Assembly: GCF_001194135.2 (NCBI RefSeq)
Contig: NC_068986.1
Location: forward strand, 114,890,645 to 114,954,644
Direction: 5' to 3'
DNA length: 64,000 nucleotides
Source of the DNA: Octopus bimaculoides
Taxonomy: Eukaryota
The notes under the pieces were generated by a model that made no database searches, was not told the origin of the DNA, and saw nothing but the letters and a program-made list of their open reading frames with translations. The translations under genes were made by a program, and so were the position numbers. Below, piece by piece: positions 39,109 to 51,604 of the stretch. How positions within the stretch are numbered: the stretch's first letter is position 1; the number at the start of each line of letters is the position of its first letter.

Positions 39109-39499
39109 GTATATATATGTATATATATATATATGTATATATATATATGTATATATATGTATGTATGCATGTATGTATGTATGTATGTATGTATGCATGT
39201 ATGTATTTTTCCATTTTTAGTTATTTAAATTCTTCCTTCGAGGAAGGAGCTGGTTTCTAAGATACAAAGCTCCATCTTTGGAATGTAGATAACGAACAAT
39301 GTCACATTTAAACCTGAGAAAAGTCTTGCATAGTTTTACTGCTTCGCTGATAGACTGTATTTGTAACGTGCGAGTCAGTTGGTTAATTTCTCATTTTGAA
39401 AATCCAAGCTTATCTAGACTGACAGTTAAGCATTTGCTTACAAAACCAAGTACACCAATTATTATTGGTATAAACGGAAATTTATAATCTGGAGGTTTG

Positions 39500-41800
39500 G
39501 AAGCAGTTGTCCATAGTTATCTTCTTTCTCTTTGATTTTCAAAGAGATGTTTACACCAGCAGGACAGCTGACCTTTATGGCGGTATATACTTTCTCTTGT
39601 CTGTTCTAGACAACAATATCCCCTTTGTTATGCCTACACTTGATAGATATCTTGATGGGAATGTTCCACTAGTATTCCTTTTCCTGATATTTGTCCACTT
39701 ATTCAATAACTAGGAATTCTCAATATTTATTCCTGGACAGTCTTTTTCCAGATGGCATTGTATACTATTTTTGCGACTCGTGTCGTAGTACCTTGCTGAT
39801 GTTTTTTTTTTTGGAAGCTGCTAGTCACATGTGTGATGTCTTCCACAAGAATATGACATAATCTACATTTTCTGTTGCGTCTTAGAATCCAAGGGTTTCA
39901 CTGTCTCTTAGGTATTTAGTAACAATCATCGGTTACTGGATCGCAAATGCATAGCATTCGAACTGTGATGTGATGTTTCGGTCACGAGTCCAAGAAAAGC
40001 TTCTTTTCATGTCAATGTTACTGTCTTTTTCAAGTGTTCTGGAAACGTACTCATGCATGGTCTTTCTTTTGTATGCTAAAAGTTTCACCTCCAGCTCTTC
40101 TTTGAGGTGTGCTAGTTCAGCTGATTTGGGGTTGTTTGGGAGGTCATCTATTGATGCACAAGTCTGCGTGATTGATTTTCCCCGTACAACATTCAAATAT
40201 GAACATTTCTTTTGGCCAAATTCCATTCCTATGTCAGCTGAAAATGTTGTTACTAATTCCTGCTGTTTCTTGGCGTTGCTTACATTTTTAGCTTAAATCT
40301 TGGGGTCATCCACAAAGAAATTATGGGTTACATTAATAACTTTAGTAGTTGCAGACTATCGCATGTAGCCATTTGATTTTTGTAGCAGGAATGATAATGG
40401 ATTTAACGCCAATGAACAGAATTACAGAGAAGCTATCTCCCTGAAATATTCCCTTTGAAGTATTTATGGCATTGGAGACGATCGTTCTATTCTCCGTTCT
40501 AAGCGTAAGAATTGTTTCCCAAGTCTTTGCGAGCCTCTCAATGGCAGCAAATAAGATTGCAGACATTTTTGCCAAATGTACGCTCTTGAGCAACCATGAG
40601 TGGGGGAATAGAGTGAAATGCCTTCCTATAATCAAGCCACACTGTTGTATAGCTCCCACGATATTTTTAGCTCAGACAGTACAGCTTTGTTTATCAAAGG
40701 TTGTTCGGTACATCCCCACACTTCCTTCTTTCTACCGGCATGCTCATCAGTCACTATGTTGTTGGACTCACAGTGACCCTGGAGCAATTGGCTGAAATAG
40801 CTTGCGTACAATTTGTACCTAAGGTTTAGGCAGAAAACGGGCCAATAGTTTTCAGCTAACTCGGTGTGGTTTCATTCTTAGTTACAAGATTCATCCGTGC
40901 TATAGCAAGCCAGTTTGGTATGTCAATCTGGTCTTCCGTAGTTCTTTTGAGTATACTTATTAGTGGTTTCCTGTAAAATGTCCGCCTCTTATACAAGTAT
41001 CCAACTATTAGATTCCCTCCAGGTGCATTCCCATCATGCAGTTTGTCTACAGCTCTGACGAAAGTTTCCGGGTCAATAACATATGTTTTACTGTTGATGT
41101 TGGTGCAGCATTCTCTCTTTACTACATTTAGCCAAGATGCATTGAGGTTGAGATTCCTCTTTTATTTATTGTCTGTGGTTTAGAAGCAAACCTGTGATTT
41201 ATACAAACTCGCTCAAAATTCGCCTGCTGTAGCAAAGATTTTCGCTGAGAGGCCCGAGTCCATGTTTTAGAGTAATGAACCTCTCCTCAAGAGCTTTGTA
41301 TGAAGAGTCACCATACAGTTTTCTTAATTTCTTTATAACATGTAACTAATGAGGTGTAAATTCATCTTTCTTCTTACATTTAATTTTCGTGTTTAACCAT
41401 CCAATATGGCGGCATAGATTGCCGATGTTTTCTTCTAGTTTAGTTTTTCCCTCTAGGTTGCTTCAGTGAAACGACTAGTTGCTTCCATTTAGTCGGTTCA
41501 TTACCATGTGTATTGCAGATTTGTCCTAGGTGTGCTTTAAGAGTGATAGCAGCTGTGTATATAAGGGTAATAATATTCCAGTAATTAATATCACATCCTT
41601 CCATGTGATCTTTAGTGACATCGTCGATAACTTTCAACACCAGAGCTGTTGGATTTTACTTTTAATCGTGTTAATAATGGCCTGTCGCATAACGATAGTT
41701 TCGAAAAAAAAAAAAGATAAATTATCTATGAACTGTGATTTCGGGATATTTCTAAGTTGAATATATTCCACACTTGTCTCTGTTACATTTGGAGAGAGTT
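39500..41800 (-). mobile_element. Decayed non-LTR retrotransposon, R4/Dong-like RT
   Basis: Remnants KGIFQGDSFS, FFVDDPKI, FSADIGMEFGQKKC...RGK and ECYAFAIQ, with stops and frameshifts. Confidence 0.75.
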
Positions 41801-41954
41801 GAGAATTTAGTGACGGCGGCGGTTTGTTCGCATTATTGTCAATCTCTCTTCTGGCTGGTTTTGGCCAGTTTTCAGTGTTTTGAAAAGATCGATTTACGTC
41901 ACGAGAGCAAGTCATTAGTCTCTTAAAATAAGATGCTTGTTCTCGAATAAGATG

Positions 41955-42169
41955 GGTGCTCAAGAGTGTACATTTGGCAAAAGTGTCTGCTATCTTATTT
42001 GCTGCCATTGAGAGGCTCGAAAAGACTTGGGAAACAATTCTTACGCTTAGAACGGAGAGTAGAACGATCGTCTCCAATGCCATAAATACTTCAAAGGGAA
42101 TATTTCAGGGAGATAGCCTCTCTGTAATTCTGTTCATTGGCGCTAAATCCATTATCATTCCTGCTACAA
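41955..42169 (+). mobile_element. Inverted duplicate of LINE segment 40379-40603
   Basis: Near-identical reverse complement (NTSKGIFQGDSLSVILF). Confidence 0.9.
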
Positions 42170-43190
42170 GATGCTTGCAGTAAAGGTGCTTAAGTTGGGG
42201 TAAGATTCGTCTCAGTATTTTTTTAACCGCTTGGTATATCCGATGTCTTCACGAGCTTTTTCATAGCATCGAAGTAGATCTCGGTTTAGATGTAGAGTCC
42301 AAGTAAAATGAGAGGAGTACTTACGTCTTCGTAGACAGTTTACTGGTGCTGCAGTGTTGTTTCCGTCGTGGTGTTGTTAGTTTCCGCCATTACGATGTTA
42401 GCAAAATTCCATCTGGTATAAGGTATATCTTTAAAATCCAGTCCGAATAACGCTACAGTTGGTAAGTAAACCATTTTTCTTATTCATAATGGGAGAAATA
42501 AAGCAGTTACTGATTTAAGCTGGAGGAGTCGGCATAAACGTAGAAGGAAAACGTCCAAAAGAACAATTTAAACGGCTCTCTACGCCTGCATGTCGGATGT
42601 TGACGGCGCCATGTATATATATCTATGTATGTATTATATAATATTGGATAGGGATGCTACAGAATATGTACCGAGTGGGTTGTGGTCTACAGTAGGTGGT
42701 CATGATTGCGTTTGCGTATATACTAGCATATACTGCATTAGTGGGTAGGATCGTGTAGAATATGTGTTGAGTTACATAGTGTTGGGTCACGTATTGTACT
42801 TGCCATTGATTGTATAGGGTATATATATAGTATATGATAGTTATAGTACTGAGTATATTGGTCGGCGATTGAATTGGGTATATATATATATTGATTGTAT
42901 AGAATATGTACTATGTGTGAGTTATCGCAGTGGGTGATAGTTGTATAGGATGTATACTGTTTGTGTTTATAATATTTTCAGTTATATAATAGAATCATAT
43001 TGTTAATATGTTCATGCGAGTTTCTCCTTCACCACCAGATGCACATCGATGCTCCTGATGTTTCTGCTGCATTGTCCGTGGAATATGCAGAATTGTATTC
43101 GTATGCAACATCAGTTCTGTTTTGTTGTGAGATAATAATTTTTTTGTTGGTTCTGGTGGTATTTTAATATTTTGCCTGTTTGATATGTAA

Positions 43191-43191
<1 letters not shown>

Positions 43192-43246
<55 letters not shown>

Positions 43247-43293
43247 CATCATCATTACTATTATTGTATTATTATTATTGTTATTGTCATTAC

Positions 43294-43357
<64 letters not shown>

Positions 43358-43487
43358 GTTGTTGTTGTTGCTGTTGCTGCTGTTGTTGTTGCTGTTGTTA
43401 CTGTTATTATTATTGCTGTGGTAGTTTATTTCATTGGATATTTACTATCTGGAGTGTCTCGTGCTTGCAGATTGTTTTGTTTAGGTT

Positions 43488-43567
<80 letters not shown>
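43192..43567. repeat. Compound (TAT)n/(TGT)n microsatellite
   Basis: Direct reading. Confidence 0.97.
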
Positions 43568-44089
43568 CCCCGTCCCCTAAACTTGAGACTTTGGCTAATG
43601 TTAGAAAGTTTTCGAATTAGAAAGCGGAAGCGTTTGATGGCAGAATCGGTAGAGCGTCGGTTTTAAGCCCAGTGATATTTAATTATGTTCCTTAGTGTCC
43701 AGAGTTCAAATTCCAACAAGTTCAACTTCACTTTTCACTATCCTAAGGTAGGAAATGTAACAAAGTACAGATTATATACTGGGGTTGATAACACAATATA
43801 CCAGTCAAGTACCGGAGTACATAAAAATAAAGTACCCGTTAAGTACGCGAGTCAGTAGAAATAGCTGTCATAAAGCACATATCAGGTACTGGGGTTGGTT
43901 AACTTAATGTACCAATTAAGTACCGAGGTGATTACGATAGAATATCAATTATATATTGAAGCAAATAGCTAAATATCAATCAAGTATCGGGGTGTGTAAC
44001 AAAATACCAGTTATATACTGGAGTCAATTTAATCGTCAGTTTCTACTCCTTGCCTTGGACATATATCTTACAAATGATTATTATTAGCA

Positions 44090-44305
44090 AAAGGCGGTGA
44101 ACTGGTAGAACCATTAGCACGCCGGACAAAATTCTTCGCGGCATTTCTTCAAGTTCTTTAAGTTTTGGCAAATACTGCTGAGGTCAACTTTGCCCTTCAT
44201 CCTTTTGGGATTGATGAAATAAAGTATTAGTCAAATCCTGGGGTTGATGTAATCGACTGGTCTCTTCCTCCAAAATTTCAGGTCTTGCGCCTATAGCAGA
44301 AAGGA
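44090..44305 (+). mobile_element. SINE family D
   Basis: Family match. Confidence 0.8.
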
Positions 44306-44309
44306 TTAT

Positions 44310-44912
44310 TATTTACATTATTTACATTTGACGGATATTTGTCGTCATCTTGTCTGTTAACACATTTCGGCTGATATAACCCTCCAGCCTTCTTCAGGTG
44401 TCTTGGGGAAATTTCGAACCTGGATTCTCATTCCTAAGGTATTTTTCGATATTGTTGTTGTTGTTGTTGTTGTTATTATTATTATTATTATTGTTGTTGT
44501 TATTATTATTCAGGTCACTGCCTGGAATCTCACGCTCTTAACCACTATGCCCGCGGGCATATAGCTTAGTGGTTAAGAGCGCGGGCTACTAACTCCAAGA
44601 TTCCGAGTTCGATTCCAGGCAGTGACCTGAATAATAATAATAATAATAACATCGAAAAATACCTTAGGAATGAGAACCCACGTTTGAAATTTCCCCAGAC
44701 ACCTGATGAAGGCTGGAGGGTATATCAGCCGAAACGTTGTGTTAACAACAAACAAGATGAGGACAAATATCTGCCAAATGTAAATAATGTTCCTGATTGT
44801 TATTCTAAATAGTTGGGTTATGTTGTTGTGTCCGACCACTACCTGGAATCGAACTCAAGATCTTAGGGGCAGCAGCTCGCGCTCTTAACCACTACGCTAT
44901 ATGCCCGTGGGC
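44310..44912. mobile_element. Three inverted or truncated copies of a tRNA-head + (AAT)n + hammerhead unit (PLE terminal repeat-like)
   Basis: 44310-44553 (-), 44554-44800 (+) and 44835-44912 (-). A-box TAGCTTAGTGG and B-box GTTCGATTCC. Adjacent to the PLE endonuclease remnant. Confidence 0.75.
44698..44743 (+). ncRNA. Minimal type-I hammerhead motif (second family, AACGTT stem III)
   Basis: gacac-CTGATGA-a-ggctg/gagggtatat/cagcc-GAAACGTT-gtgtt. Confidence 0.6.
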
Positions 44913-44935
44913 AATTATAGAGTGAATTTTAGAGC

Positions 44936-45265
44936 TTATAAATCTAATATTTTCCTATCCTTCCTTAATACCGGCTCCCATATACTATTCATATTTGCAC
45001 TCGGTCTGCTTAGGAGGTTGTTGTGTCCTAGCATATGTGCTGCTTCTTTTAGTTTTCGTATTTTCCAGTGGTGTTCTCTGTCTATTATTTTAACTTCATC
45101 CCAGAGGGGGAGATGGTCTCCATTTTTCCATACATGATCAGCTATACCCGATTTATCAATAGCTCCCCGTGTTACAGCTTTGCAATGTTCCTCTACCCTT
45201 ATTTTGAGGGGCAGCACATAAACCCTCATCTTCCACACAGCTTTCATCTCATACTCCTTCATCAT
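44936..45265 (-). mobile_element. Penelope-like element, GIY-YIG endonuclease C-terminal remnant
   Basis: LKIRVEEHCK...SGIADHVWKNGDHLPLWDEVKIIDREHHWKIRKLKEAAHM...LLSRPS...WEPVL fits the PLE endonuclease tail pattern. Confidence 0.8.
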
Positions 45266-45769
45266 CGCTCCACTCGACGATCACTTTTTGTGCTCTATAA
45301 ACACATGCAATCTGGGTTCGAACACAGAAAACGTATTTCTAACGCTTATAACTAAGTCACATCCCACTTAGGCAGTTACTGTTCATATTTCAACAAATTT
45401 CAGAAATAATTATGTCACGTGACTAAGGCATTGTGTAAGAACATTCAAACTTTTGGGTCAGAAGTAAGGATTTGCATAGGATATCTAAATACAATGGCTA
45501 TGAACAAGTAGAAATGAATAATTGAACAAAGAAACACGAGATTAGGTTGACAGATCAATAAGTTATAAGTTATTTTAACGATAACTTACTTAAAAAAAGA
45601 TTAAGATATATAATCAAGCGTTTGTGTCACTTTGGCTGTTAACAGATACCTTATCGATTTGGCCATCTGAGCTCTCTTTTCTACCTAATAACTATTTGCG
45701 TGTATATATATATAATTGATATAAATAATTGTGTTTGCGTGAGTGTATATATTTGTGTGTGTATGTATT

Positions 45770-45818
<49 letters not shown>

Positions 45819-46044
45819 CATGAAACAAGTATTCATCTTCTCTATAACGTTCAACACAAGTTGACCATCATATACGACAAAAACAAACTAGTTTGATCAA
45901 GCAAGCAAACAACCAATCAAACAACATACAAATTAACACCAAAAACAGTCACCAGGAAAAGAAACCGGCTAAAACAGGGTATCCGATACCTTCAAAGGTC
46001 CCATTCATCACCCCATAAATTCTAAAATCTTAAAATAGATTGGA

Positions 46045-46569
46045 TTATAAAGGAGTGGCCTGTTGTGGCGTTTTCGGCGAGCGTTTGGTGCTGTTAGTGG
46101 AACCAGTTTCGCTAGGTGTATCACTCGGAAGACGACTGGACGAATCATCAATGCTATAAGACTTCATCATGTGAGGGCTATATGATTTAGGGTCAGATAC
46201 CATGCGTAGGAAAAGGTTGCGACGCATGCGAGCCCTCTGGAAGTTGAGTTGTTGATTGTCGTAGATGTTCTCTTTATCAAATTCGAGAAACACTTCTTCT
46301 TCTTCGGCCGATTCCCCTTCTTCGCTTGTGTCGGACAAAGCAATTCGCCTTGATTCACGCACGCTTGATTCTCGTTCTCGACTGGCCAACAACTCGTCAG
46401 CGATTTTTGAGATCGTCTGCCATGCATAGATGATGTCACTGTCGTCTGCATTTTGTGCACAGATGGCAAATCGAATGATGTAATGTTCGTTCAACAGGGC
46501 AGGGACCATGTGAAGACGTCCGGACTCGTTGATTTGTCGGAGGAGTTTCTGGGTTAAAGTATTCGGACC
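46045..46569 (-). CDS. TDC: TDC terminal exon (174 aa + stop)
   Basis: [41 protein letters not shown]...[15 protein letters not shown]...PL*. Confidence 0.95.
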   Translation of the reverse strand, partial: GPNTLTQKLLRQINESGRLHMVPALLNEHYIIRFAICAQNADDSDIIYAWQTISKIADELLASRERESSVRESRRIALSDTSEEGESAEEEEVFLEFDKENIYDNQQLNFQRARMRRNLFLRMVSDPKSYSPHMMKSYSIDDSSSRLPSDTPSETGSTNSTKRSPKTPQQATPL

Positions 46570-49500
46570 CTTCATTATAAAACAAAAAAAAAGATACAAA
46601 TAATAATTACTAAATACATGTCATTAAGAAGATGAAAAAAGAACATTATTATCAAGAATAAATGCAAATATGATAATGAACCCCCTACACACACACACAC
46701 ACACACACACGCACGTACGTCTGCCCTTGATGAAAGCCGTTAAGCTCGAGACGTTGGTATCATCGTAGGGTTTATATTAAAAAAATGAAATCATATTATA
46801 ACATGTATTGAGTTCTAGTTTATCTTAGTAGTATCACACACATACACACCATATATGCATACGATATTTTACTTTTAATGCACGCATAATATATACATGT
46901 ATAGAAGAAGTTTTGGTATCCAGGAAACCTAAAAGGCAGGTAAGGCTATGTAAGTGCTACAGAAGACTGCTGTTAGACTCTAGGTTCGATAATAGTATGA
47001 ATGAGGAATCTGATGCGGGTCGTGTGTGAGCATGCATATGTTAAATAAAATGAGATAACAAGGCCAAGACAATGTGAAATTTCTAGGACATTTATAAAGA
47101 GAAAGTTAGCCTTACAGCTGTTTCAGGGATATAAAAGATATCCCGTCATCAGAGGCGATATGAGAGAGTTAACGAGAAGGAAATAGTAGAGTTCAATATA
47201 AGAAGTTATGTTGGAAAGGGAGAGTTACAGGAAGCATAAAGGGAAATATGAGAATAAAAATATATGTTGGGTGTTTAAGTTGCTGTTCCATTATCCAAAG
47301 AATGTGCTGTGTAGAATGGGTAAAGAGGCTTCTTGTTCATGGTGTGTAAATTCCGATAGGAGTTCATATTTTGCTTGGATAATAGTAACTTTAGCATCTA
47401 ACATATATTTCTATTCTCATATTTCCATTTATACTTCCTGTATCTCTCCCTTTCCCAAATAACTTCAAATATAATGAACTCTACTATTTCCTTCTTGTTA
47501 ACTCTCTCATATCGTCTCTGATGATGGGATATCTTTTATATCCCTGAAACAGCTGTAAGACTACCTTTCTCTTTATAAATGTCCTAGAAATATCACACTG
47601 CCTTGGTCTTGTTATCTCATTTTATTTAACACACACACACACACACACACGCCCAAGGTACTGCGCAGTGAGATTGAACCCGAGACCACGTGGTTGCAAA
47701 TCGAGCTTCTTCACCACACAGCCATACACGCACCTATATAAACATAACATCAAGTTATAATAATATTGAATGTTAAAACGCTGAACAAAAAATATGAAAA
47801 CCGGATTGAAAACGAAGCGGTTTAAGAAGATAAAAGTGCAAATAAATTAAGTGAATTAAAAATGAATGAAAAATGAGCAGAGGTGAAGCAAAGTGGATCG
47901 AGCAAGAGTAAAAAGTATTGGCGTTGACAGCATTTATTCCAAGGGTTAAAACTATAGGAAATAAGGGCAACTGGACGTGATGAAGGTCCCTTAGGAACGA
48001 CTTTATCAAAGTGAAGAAATGTGGTTTTAAAACCTCACAGTGTCTTTTTTTTATATACATTAAAAAAAATTATGTTAAGGTGGTTTGTACCAGGCTAAAT
48101 GGTGATTTTGGTGCACGTTTGCAAGAAGTCAATAGTTCTGACTTGGTGTGAATTGAGTCTCTTGTCAGTTTGGCACACTGCATCGGAGCAGCCTAGATGT
48201 GAAGTTTCGACGACGATGTCGCTGCGTGTAGCCTCAGACGGACAAAATAATGCTTGGTCACCTTTCTAATTATTCAGGTATATTCTAATAAAGCGGTCGC
48301 GCTGTGTCTTTGATCATCAACGAAAGAATAGCTATGTTGGTAGAACCGTGATTAAAATCATTGGTCGAGTTCAATGAAGGACTTAAGTGAATTTTAGCTC
48401 TTTAAACCAAATATTCAGCCAGAGAGTTACCATCAACCTGATAATTACACGGACTAATTTAGTTATACATTTTTGCCGGTTCGTTTTATGCTACTCTTTG
48501 CTCCAACATTCAACGTCGTCCGAAGAGTGGAACCACGAAATTCATAGTAACAGTTAGTGGGGCTTTCAGTTTTCAATAGATAGAATAAACCTCTACATTG
48601 CATATTGAGTACTCTTTTTTCCTTGTGAGCGCAATTATTTGTGTCATATCATAATTATAAACATGTATGCGTGCATGTACGTATGTGTGTGCGTGTGTGT
48701 GTGTGTGCGAACGTACGTATTTATTTACCTTCAATCGAAAACAGACAAGTCCCATAATCACTTCTCCCAATACTTCAAATCTGTCTTCTTCCAACACTTT
48801 GGATTCAAATAATTTGGCAAGTCTGACATGCTGAAACAGTAGAAGAAGACCATTATTGAAGATGATATTGGCAGCGGGGATGATAACGTTGGTGGTGCGG
48901 ATGGTTATGGTGAAGATGACGATGACGATGACGGAATGGCTGGGGTGATGATTGTGATGATGCTGGTAGTGGTAGTGCTGGTGATGGTGGCGACAATGAT
49001 AATGGTAGGACGGTGGTGATAGTGATGACGGGGATGACAATGATGATGATGATGGTGATGATCCTGGGAAGAGAACGATGATGTTGATGATAGTGGTGAC
49101 AGCGAATCTGATGACGATAATGATGATGGTAGTGGTGTTGATGGTGATGGGAGTTGTATGAAACCGGTGTTTACTTCTCGAATATAATGCTGTAATCCTT
49201 CAATACCGTATGTTCTCAGAACAAACCATAATTTCAATGACCGGAATCTTCGACTCAACGGAATTCCCCAATGCTAGAATAAACAAAAAGAGAAAACATA
49301 ACTGAATATCTATTTGTTACCTGGCCACCAGGTGGCACCACTGTCTCTATCTACTTAACCATGAAACGAAAAGAATGGAGACGAAATAGACTTTTTATTT
49401 CCTACGGTAAATCATCTCATCAGACTTTGCTACGAACTCTCTTTAAGTCCAGCACTTTTAGGAACTCTCGCAGAGCTTTTAGGAACTCTTGCGGAGCTTT

Positions 49501-50801
49501 CAGGAACTCTGGCAGAGATTTCAGGAATTCTTTAACTCGATGATATTTCTAAAACACGATGGTGGTGTTGTTTAGTTTCCAGTGGGTTTTGCTAAACCAG
49601 ACTTTTGATTAAGGGCGTCTCAGCCGATATATTCACTTCCTTTTCTTTTTCAGACATATTTAGGGTGAAGCTGCATGATCTAGGTGTTACGTTGTCGCAC
49701 TCACAACTGTTAGGTCGCGAGTTCGATTCCTAGACCGGGCGTTGCGTTGTGCTTTTGAGCAAAACACTTCATTTCATGTTGCTCCAGTTCACTCCGCTAT
49801 CGATGAGCTTCAGCAATAGCAGGCAAATTAATTCTGCAAAGGATCGGCATTGCGTTCGATGGGTGGTAGTGGTGGTGTTGTAAGCTGACTCACTATATAG
49901 GTCATGGAAATCGGGTTAAGGTCCTGCCTCATAAATCGTAGGGTTCATAACAGACTCTAAGAAGAGCTTATTTAAGATTACATTGTCCAATATTTACTTT
50001 TTCATCGTTTAGGTAGCGGGGGAAGAGCAGCGTCCGGGGTTTACTCTCGATCAAGACTGACTCGAAGTTAAACTGGAACAGCAACCAAGTTTATTCGATG
50101 ACGTTAAGATTTAAGATTTTCAGATAGCGAAATAATTTGAGAAAAGGAAAATCAACTTACCCTGAAATCAATGGCTTTATCTATTCGACGTTGATAGTGG
50201 TGGAGTTTGATGGAGTTCGGTGGAGTTTGGTGAGGTGGTTGGATTTTTGTGACGTTTGGTGGATGTTAGGGGTTGTGATATTGATGTAATAAAATATAGA
50301 AAAACAAGTAATTAGTCATGGAAAAGAAGCTTTAGAAAATTATATTATAGGGTGTAATACATTTATTAAAAGTAGAAGAAAAGCCGCGAGGAAAACGAAA
50401 AAAAGCCAAAAACAACAAAAAAAAATCATTATCTATAAGCTTTTACAGAAAGTGAGTGAGAAAGAGGTAAAATGTATGGAAAAGGGGTGAGTTTACCATG
50501 AGAAAAGCGAAAAATGAAAGAGATAGAGAGATCTTTTCTGTTTCTGTCACAGATTTTAAAATTTTTAAATTAAGTGAAAATTTTCAAATTTGGTATGTTG
50601 GTGTATTTTTTCACGCAGAATCCAATTTTGTGATTCATGTATCCGAGAAAAATTTTAGAAAAATATTTCAGAGGTTTACAGTTTGATCATTTTTGAACAA
50701 TCAGAAAACAGCATTTGTACGTGATCTGTGATAAAATGAAAGTAAACATTAGAAGACAAAGTTTTAAACAAAGTGAAAGTAATACGTGAGAGATAATGCA
50801 T

Positions 50802-50848
<47 letters not shown>

Positions 50849-51129
50849 GGAGAGAGAGAAAGAGAAAAAGAGAGTGGGAGAGAGTGAGAGAGAGTGATAA
50901 AGGGTTGGTAAATAAAAGAGAGAAAGATTGATGATGACTTAGAGAGTGGGAGAGTCGTCGATCTTAAAAGTTCAGTTATTTCTCACAGCAAATTATATAT
51001 ATTTTTCTTATCATTTGCAGATTTGGGACAGATTTCAAAAATCAAATTCGTTTTTCTCGAGGATGCACTGTTCCAGAGTCTTTCGAATCTAATCACACAC
51101 ACATAACCACTTACACTCCNNNNNNNNNN

Positions 51130-51161
<32 letters not shown>

Positions 51162-51569
51162 TAGACTAGACTATCCGTGAACCGTTGGATCACCAATAGT
51201 TCAAGGTACCCGAAAAAACCGCGTATCTCGGGAACCCGTGGTCCGATTTACGCGAAACTTGTTTCATTCCGTTTGTATTCACATTCCAATGGAACCTTAC
51301 TTTCAGAGTATCTCCCTATTATGTGCCGGTTTGGCTATTAAAGGTGTTCGCAGTAAAGGGAAATAACTCCAGGTTTCACTGCTTAAATTTGTGGAAACAA
51401 ACCCCAAAAAACCCGTGTATCTCGGCAATCCATGGTCCGGTTTATGCGAAACTTGTTTTATTCCGTTTGAATTCACGTTTCAGGGACACCTTACTTTCAG
51501 AGCATTTTCCAATTATGCGCTGGTTCGGGTGTATTCAATTACAGACAAGAACGCAAGTAATCACAGTTT

Positions 51570-51604
<35 letters not shown>

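Larger units (their letters stand above)
47039..47631. repeat. Long inverted repeat (arms ~260 bp, loop ~70 nt) of Penelope-like terminal sequence
   Basis: 47039-47300 is the reverse complement of 47371-47631 with scattered substitutions. A related single copy lies at ~33340-33660. Confidence 0.9.

Noticed and set aside
46724-46760. TTGATGA...GAGACGTT hammerhead-like string
   Set aside because: Two core substitutions and no clear stem I.
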